Source: Enterobacteria phage CUS-3
Sequence record: FN394986.1
DNA length: 2,827 nt
Direction: 5' to 3' (one strand)
Shown: positions 1 to 2,827 of the stretch, piece after piece
Numbering within the stretch: the stretch's first letter is position 1
Layout of the letters: every line of letters begins with the position of its first letter
Translations under genes and position numbers: made by a program
The notes under the pieces: model-generated
Seen by the model: the letters and a program-made list of their open reading frames with translations, nothing else
Databases searched by the model: none
What the model was told of the DNA's origin: nothing

Positions 1-438
1 ATGGCGCGCCCAACAAAGTATCAAGAGGCGTATGCCGAACAGGCACGCAAACTGTGCTTGCTGGGCTACACCGATGCAGAGCTTGCTGATTTCTTCGAAG
101 TCAGTGAGTCAACTATTAACAAGTGGAAGCTTGATTATCCTGAGTTTTCGGAGTCCATAAAAAAGGGTAAGGCCGTCGCTGATGCAGAAGTTAGTGACCG
201 TCTTTATCAACGCGCTATGGGCTTCGTGGCTCCAGACATCGATATTCGTGTTATTGAAAACAGAATTGTCGAAACTCCTCTTGAGAAGTATTACCCGCCT
301 GATACAACAGCTGCCATCTTCTGGCTTAAGAACCGACAGAAGGATAAATGGCGCGACAAGGTTGATCACGAGCTAACAGGCAAAGACGGCGGCGCAATCC
401 AGATTGAAACATCACCGATGAGTACTCTATTCGGAAAA
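1..438 (+). CDS. Terminase small subunit (P22/Sf6-like), 3' end lost in N-run
   Basis: ATG at 1-3; frame 1 open through 438 and into the Ns; about 47% GC. N-terminal stretch TDAELADFFEVSESTINKWKLDYPEF has the helix-turn-helix pattern typical of small-terminase DNA-binding domains. Visible 146 aa is close to the full length of such proteins. The TGA at 541-543 that closes the track ORF lies beyond the gap and is not a reliable stop. Confidence 0.7.
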
Positions 439-538
439 NNNNNNNNNNNNNNNNNNNNNNNNNNNNNNNNNNNNNNNNNNNNNNNNNNNNNNNNNNNNNN
501 NNNNNNNNNNNNNNNNNNNNNNNNNNNNNNNNNNNNNN
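439..538. other. N-run, exactly 100 nt (conventional unknown-length assembly gap, or mask)
   Basis: Counted directly: Ns from 439 to 538. The flanking genes are not normally adjacent in this phage family. Confidence 0.95.
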
Positions 539-1762
539 TCTGAGCCATGTGTAAAATATTATGATGGCATTCTGTATCTGACGACCAGGGGGACATTAAG
601 TACTCAACCCGGTAGTTCATTGCACAGAAGCTCTGATTTAGGTACATCATGGAATTCTCTTCGCTTCCCAAATAATGTTCATCACTCAAACCTTCCTTTT
701 GCCAAAGTTGGCGATGAGCTGATTATTTTTGGCAGTGAGCGCGCATTTGGTGAGTGGGAAGGAGGAGAACCTGATAACCGTTATGCAGGAAACTATCCAA
801 GAACATTTATGACCAGAGTTAACGTCAATGAGTGGAGTCTGGATAATGTAGAGTGGGTTAATGTTACTGATCAGATTTATCAGGGCGGAATAGTTAACTC
901 TGCGGTTGGTGTTGGTTCAGTTTGTATCAAAGACAACTGGCTGTACTACATTTTCGGTGGGGAAGACTTTCTAAACCCATGGAGCATAGGGGATAACAAC
1001 AGAAAATATCCTTATGTTCACGATGGTCACNNNNNNNNNNNNNNNNNNNNNNNNNNNNNNNNNNNNNNNNNNNNNNNNNNNNNNNNNNNNNNNNNNNNNN
1101 NNNNNNNNNNNNNNNNNNNNNNNNNNNNNNNNNNNNNNNNNNNNNNNNNNNNNNNNNNNNNNNNNNNNNNNNNNNNNNNNNNNNNNNNNNNNNNNNNNNN
1201 NNNNNNNNNNNNNNNNNNNNNNNNNNNNNNNNNNNNNNNNNNNNNNNNNNNNNNNNNNNNNNNNNNNNNNNNNNNNNNNNNNNNNNNNNNNNNNNNNNNN
1301 NNNNNNNNNNNNNNNNNNNNNAGCGGCGGTGAAACAACGTCTTCAGCAGATGGTGCAATGATAACGTTGCATGGTTCCAGAAGCAGTACTCCACGTCGCG
1401 CGGTATATAACGCACTCGAACATCTTTTTGAGAACGGAGATGTTAAACCTTATCTTGATAATGTAAATGCTCTTGGTGGTCCGGGAAACAGGTTCTCGAT
1501 AGTTTATCTTGGCTCCAATCCTGTGGTTACCAGTGACGGAACATTAAAGACAGAGCCGGTCTCTCCTGACGAAACATTGCTGGATGCCTGGGGTGACGTC
1601 AGGTATATCGCTTATAAATGGCTGAACGCTGTCGCTATAAAGGGGGAAGAAGGGGCGAGGATACATCATGGTGTAATCGCGCAGCAACTTCGTGATGTTC
1701 TTATTTCTCACGGACTCATGGAAGAAGAAAGCACAACATGCCGCTATGCCTTTCTTTGCTAT
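539..1762 (+). CDS. Endosialidase-type tailspike (endo-N-acetylneuraminidase), internal and C-terminal fragment; 5' end absent, 3' end lost in N-run
   Basis: Frame 2 open across 539-1030 and 1322-1762 with no stop; the same frame on both sides of the 291-nt N-run. Translation 542-1030 begins EPCVKYYDGILYLTTRGT and contains a sialidase Asp-box SSDLGTSW. Translation 1322-1762 contains a peptidase-S74 chaperone domain. Not in the ORF track because frame 2 lacks a stop. Adjacent to a NeuO-like gene, as in CUS-3-type K1 prophages. Confidence 0.75.
629..652 (+). other. Sialidase Asp-box motif (S-x-D-x-G-x-T/S-W) within tailspike
   Basis: Codons AGC TCT GAT TTA GGT ACA TCA TGG encode SSDLGTSW, matching the bacterial/phage sialidase beta-propeller Asp-box consensus with Ser in place of Thr. 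Confidence 0.6.
1031..1321. other. N-run, 291 nt (97 codons), inside tailspike ORF with reading frame preserved
   Basis: Counted directly. Length is a multiple of 3 and frame 2 is coding on both sides, so this looks like a length-preserving mask or sized gap rather than an arbitrary join. Confidence 0.9.
1532..1762 (+). other. C-terminal intramolecular chaperone domain (peptidase S74) of tailspike, with predicted autoproteolytic Ser|Asp site at 1532-1537
   Basis: Translation VVTSDGTLKTEP...VRYIAYKWLNAVAIKGEEGARIHHGVIAQQLRDVL. Ser (1532-1534), Asp (1535-1537) and Lys at +5 (1547-1549) match the catalytic Ser-Lys dyad spacing of the endosialidase/tail-fibre chaperone domain. The R-x-H-x-G-V-I-A-Q block is characteristic of this family. 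Domain is cut off by the N-run at 1763. Confidence 0.75.
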
Positions 1763-2179
1763 NNNNNNNNNNNNNNNNNNNNNNNNNNNNNNNNNNNNNN
1801 NNNNNNNNNNNNNNNNNNNNNNNNNNNNNNNNNNNNNNNNNNNNNNNNNNNNNNNNNNNNNNNNNNNNNNNNNNNNNNNNNNNNNNNNNNNNNNNNNNNN
1901 NNNNNNNNNNNNNNNNNNNNNNNNNNNNNNNNNNNNNNNNNNNNNNNNNNNNNNNNNNNNNNNNNNNNNNNNNNNNNNNNNNNNNNNNNNNNNNNNNNNN
2001 NNNNNNNNNNNNNNNNNNNNNNNNNNNNNNNNNNNNNNNNNNNNNNNNNNNNNNNNNNNNNNNNNNNNNNNNNNNNNNNNNNNNNNNNNNNNNNNNNNNN
2101 NNNNNNNNNNNNNNNNNNNNNNNNNNNNNNNNNNNNNNNNNNNNNNNNNNNNNNNNNNNNNNNNNNNNNNNNNNNNNNN
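1763..2179. other. N-run, 417 nt; must hide the tailspike 3' end, the intergenic/promoter region and the 5' end of the acetyltransferase gene
   Basis: Counted directly. The chaperone domain is incomplete at 1762, and the acetyltransferase is already coding at 2180. Confidence 0.9.
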
Positions 2180-2827
2180 ATGTTGTTTTCCGTTGATGAT
2201 AATGGGTCAGGTAATGTTTTTGTATGTGGAGATCTTGTAAATAGCAAAGAGAATAAAGTTCAGTTCAATGGAAACAATAACAAACTTATTATAGAAGATG
2301 ATGTTGAGTGTCGATGGCTTACCGTAATATTTAGGGGTGATAATAATTACGTAAGAATACATAAAAACAGTAAGATTAAAGGTGATATTGTCGCAACAAA
2401 AGGTTCAAAAGTTATTATCGGTAGAAGAACGACAATAGGTGCAGGTTTTGAAGTCGTCACTGATAAGTGCAATGTTACAATTGGCCATGACTGCATGATA
2501 GCAAGAGATGTTATTTTGCGTGCATCAGATGGGCATCCTATATTTGATATTCATAGCAAAAAAAGGATTAATTGGGCAAAAGATATCATTATATCTAGTT
2601 ACGTATGGGTAGGGAGAAATGTCTCTATAATGAAAGGAGTATCTGTTGGAAGCGGATCTGTCATTGGGTATGGGAGTATTGTAACTAAAGATGTGCCATC
2701 TATGTGTGCAGCAGCCGGTAATCCAGCAAAAATAATAAAAAGAAATATAATATGGGCAAGAACGGATAAAGCGGAGCTAATTAGTGATGACAAGAGATGC
2801 TCCAGCTATCATGCGAAGCTCACGCAA
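2180..2827 (+). CDS. neuO: Polysialic acid O-acetyltransferase, NeuO-like (hexapeptide-repeat / left-handed beta-helix acyltransferase); 3' end beyond window, true 5' end possibly within upstream Ns
   Basis: ATG at 2180-2182 immediately after the Ns; frame 2 open for 216 codons to the window end with no stop. Hexapeptide repeats are visible: IGRRTTIGAGFEVVTDKCNVTIGHDCMIARDVIL and VWVGRNVSIMKGVSVGSGSVIGYGSIV. About 36% GC, lower than the phage genes. His at codon 119 and Trp at codon 143 (counting from this ATG) match my recollection of the reported NeuO catalytic residues. Sits directly downstream of an endosialidase tailspike, as in prophage CUS-3. Confidence 0.8.
   Translation, partial: MLFSVDDNGSGNVFVCGDLVNSKENKVQFNGNNNKLIIEDDVECRWLTVIFRGDNNYVRIHKNSKIKGDIVATKGSKVIIGRRTTIGAGFEVVTDKCNVTIGHDCMIARDVILRASDGHPIFDIHSKKRINWAKDIIISSYVWVGRNVSIMKGVSVGSGSVIGYGSIVTKDVPSMCAAAGNPAKIIKRNIIWARTDKAELISDDKRCSSYHAKLTQ

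Noticed and set aside
109-376. Track ORFs 109..369 (-) and 182..376 (+)
   Set aside because: Both lie entirely inside the terminase gene in other frames, with no domain signal; treated as chance ORFs.
1-438. Searched the small terminase gene for a P22-type pac sequence
   Set aside because: P22 has its pac site inside the small terminase gene, but I found no match to the P22 pac sequence as I remember it. Pac sites are not conserved across this family, so nothing is called.
1-543. Track ORF 1..543 with a stop at 541-543
   Set aside because: Codons 439-538 are N; the TGA at 541-543 is only in frame if the gap is exactly 100 nt of real sequence. The gene is real but its end is unknown, so I annotate 1-438 only.
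539-1030. Possibility that the Asp-box protein is an exo-sialidase (NanH-like) or a NanS-type esterase rather than an endosialidase tailspike
   Set aside because: The same frame continues into a peptidase-S74 chaperone domain typical of phage tailspikes and fibres, and the gene is followed by a NeuO-like gene. This cannot be excluded without a database search, so confidence is kept below 0.8.
366-2247. Track ORFs 366..689 (-), 927..1415 (-), 1014..1361 (+), 1692..2240 (+), 1738..2196 (+), 1759..2247 (-)
   Set aside because: Each is mostly N translated as X and owes its length to the masked runs. The readable ends are out of frame with or antisense to the well-supported frame-2 genes. 1692..2240 starts at a GTG inside the chaperone domain.
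2599-2793. Track ORF 2599..2793 (-), 64 aa, hydrophobic
   Set aside because: Antisense to the hexapeptide-repeat region of the acetyltransferase. Its hydrophobicity follows from the complement of AT-rich repeat codons, and no start context is visible.
2180-2827. Generic galactoside/maltose (LacA/Maa) or colanic-acid (WcaF-like) acetyltransferase instead of NeuO
   Set aside because: The fold is shared across the family, so this is a live alternative. The phage tailspike context, low GC and residue positions favour NeuO, but only an alignment can settle it.
1-2827. CRISPR array, tRNA, rRNA, insertion-sequence ends, integrase or att site
   Set aside because: No direct-repeat/spacer periodicity, no cloverleaf-like segment and no transposase or integrase-like translation in the readable 2019 nt. 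Non-coding features could still lie in the masked 808 nt.
1-2827. A previously undescribed defence or other novel system
   Set aside because: Every readable segment is accounted for by three recognisable phage genes. I see no unexplained ORF, repeat or structured non-coding stretch, so any novelty would have to reside in the masked bases, which I cannot assess.

Overview
2827-nt window, of which 808 nt (29%) is N in three runs: 439-538 (100 nt), 1031-1321 (291 nt) and 1763-2179 (417 nt). All readable sequence is + strand protein-coding and looks like DNA from a P22/Sf6/CUS-3-like prophage of an enterobacterium. (1) nt 1-438: a small terminase subunit gene starting at the first base. (2) nt 539-1762: the middle and C-terminal part of an endosialidase-type tailspike, with a sialidase Asp-box and a peptidase-S74 C-terminal chaperone domain with its Ser|Asp autocleavage motif. 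(3) nt 2180-2827: a hexapeptide-repeat O-acetyltransferase that I recognise as NeuO-like (polysialic acid O-acetyltransferase), running off the 3' end. The supplied ORF track misses genes 2 and 3 because frame 2 has no stop codon from 422 to the window end; most listed ORFs are artefacts of translating N as X. No tRNA, rRNA, CRISPR, insertion sequence or clear terminator is visible. I find no evidence in the readable bases for a previously undescribed system: the gene content matches the known K1-capsule-specific prophage cargo. The two items most worth follow-up are the masked region just upstream of the acetyltransferase, where a phase-variable repeat tract would be expected, and the implausible adjacency of terminase and tailspike across the 100-N run. 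All identifications are from reading the translation by eye; no database search was run.
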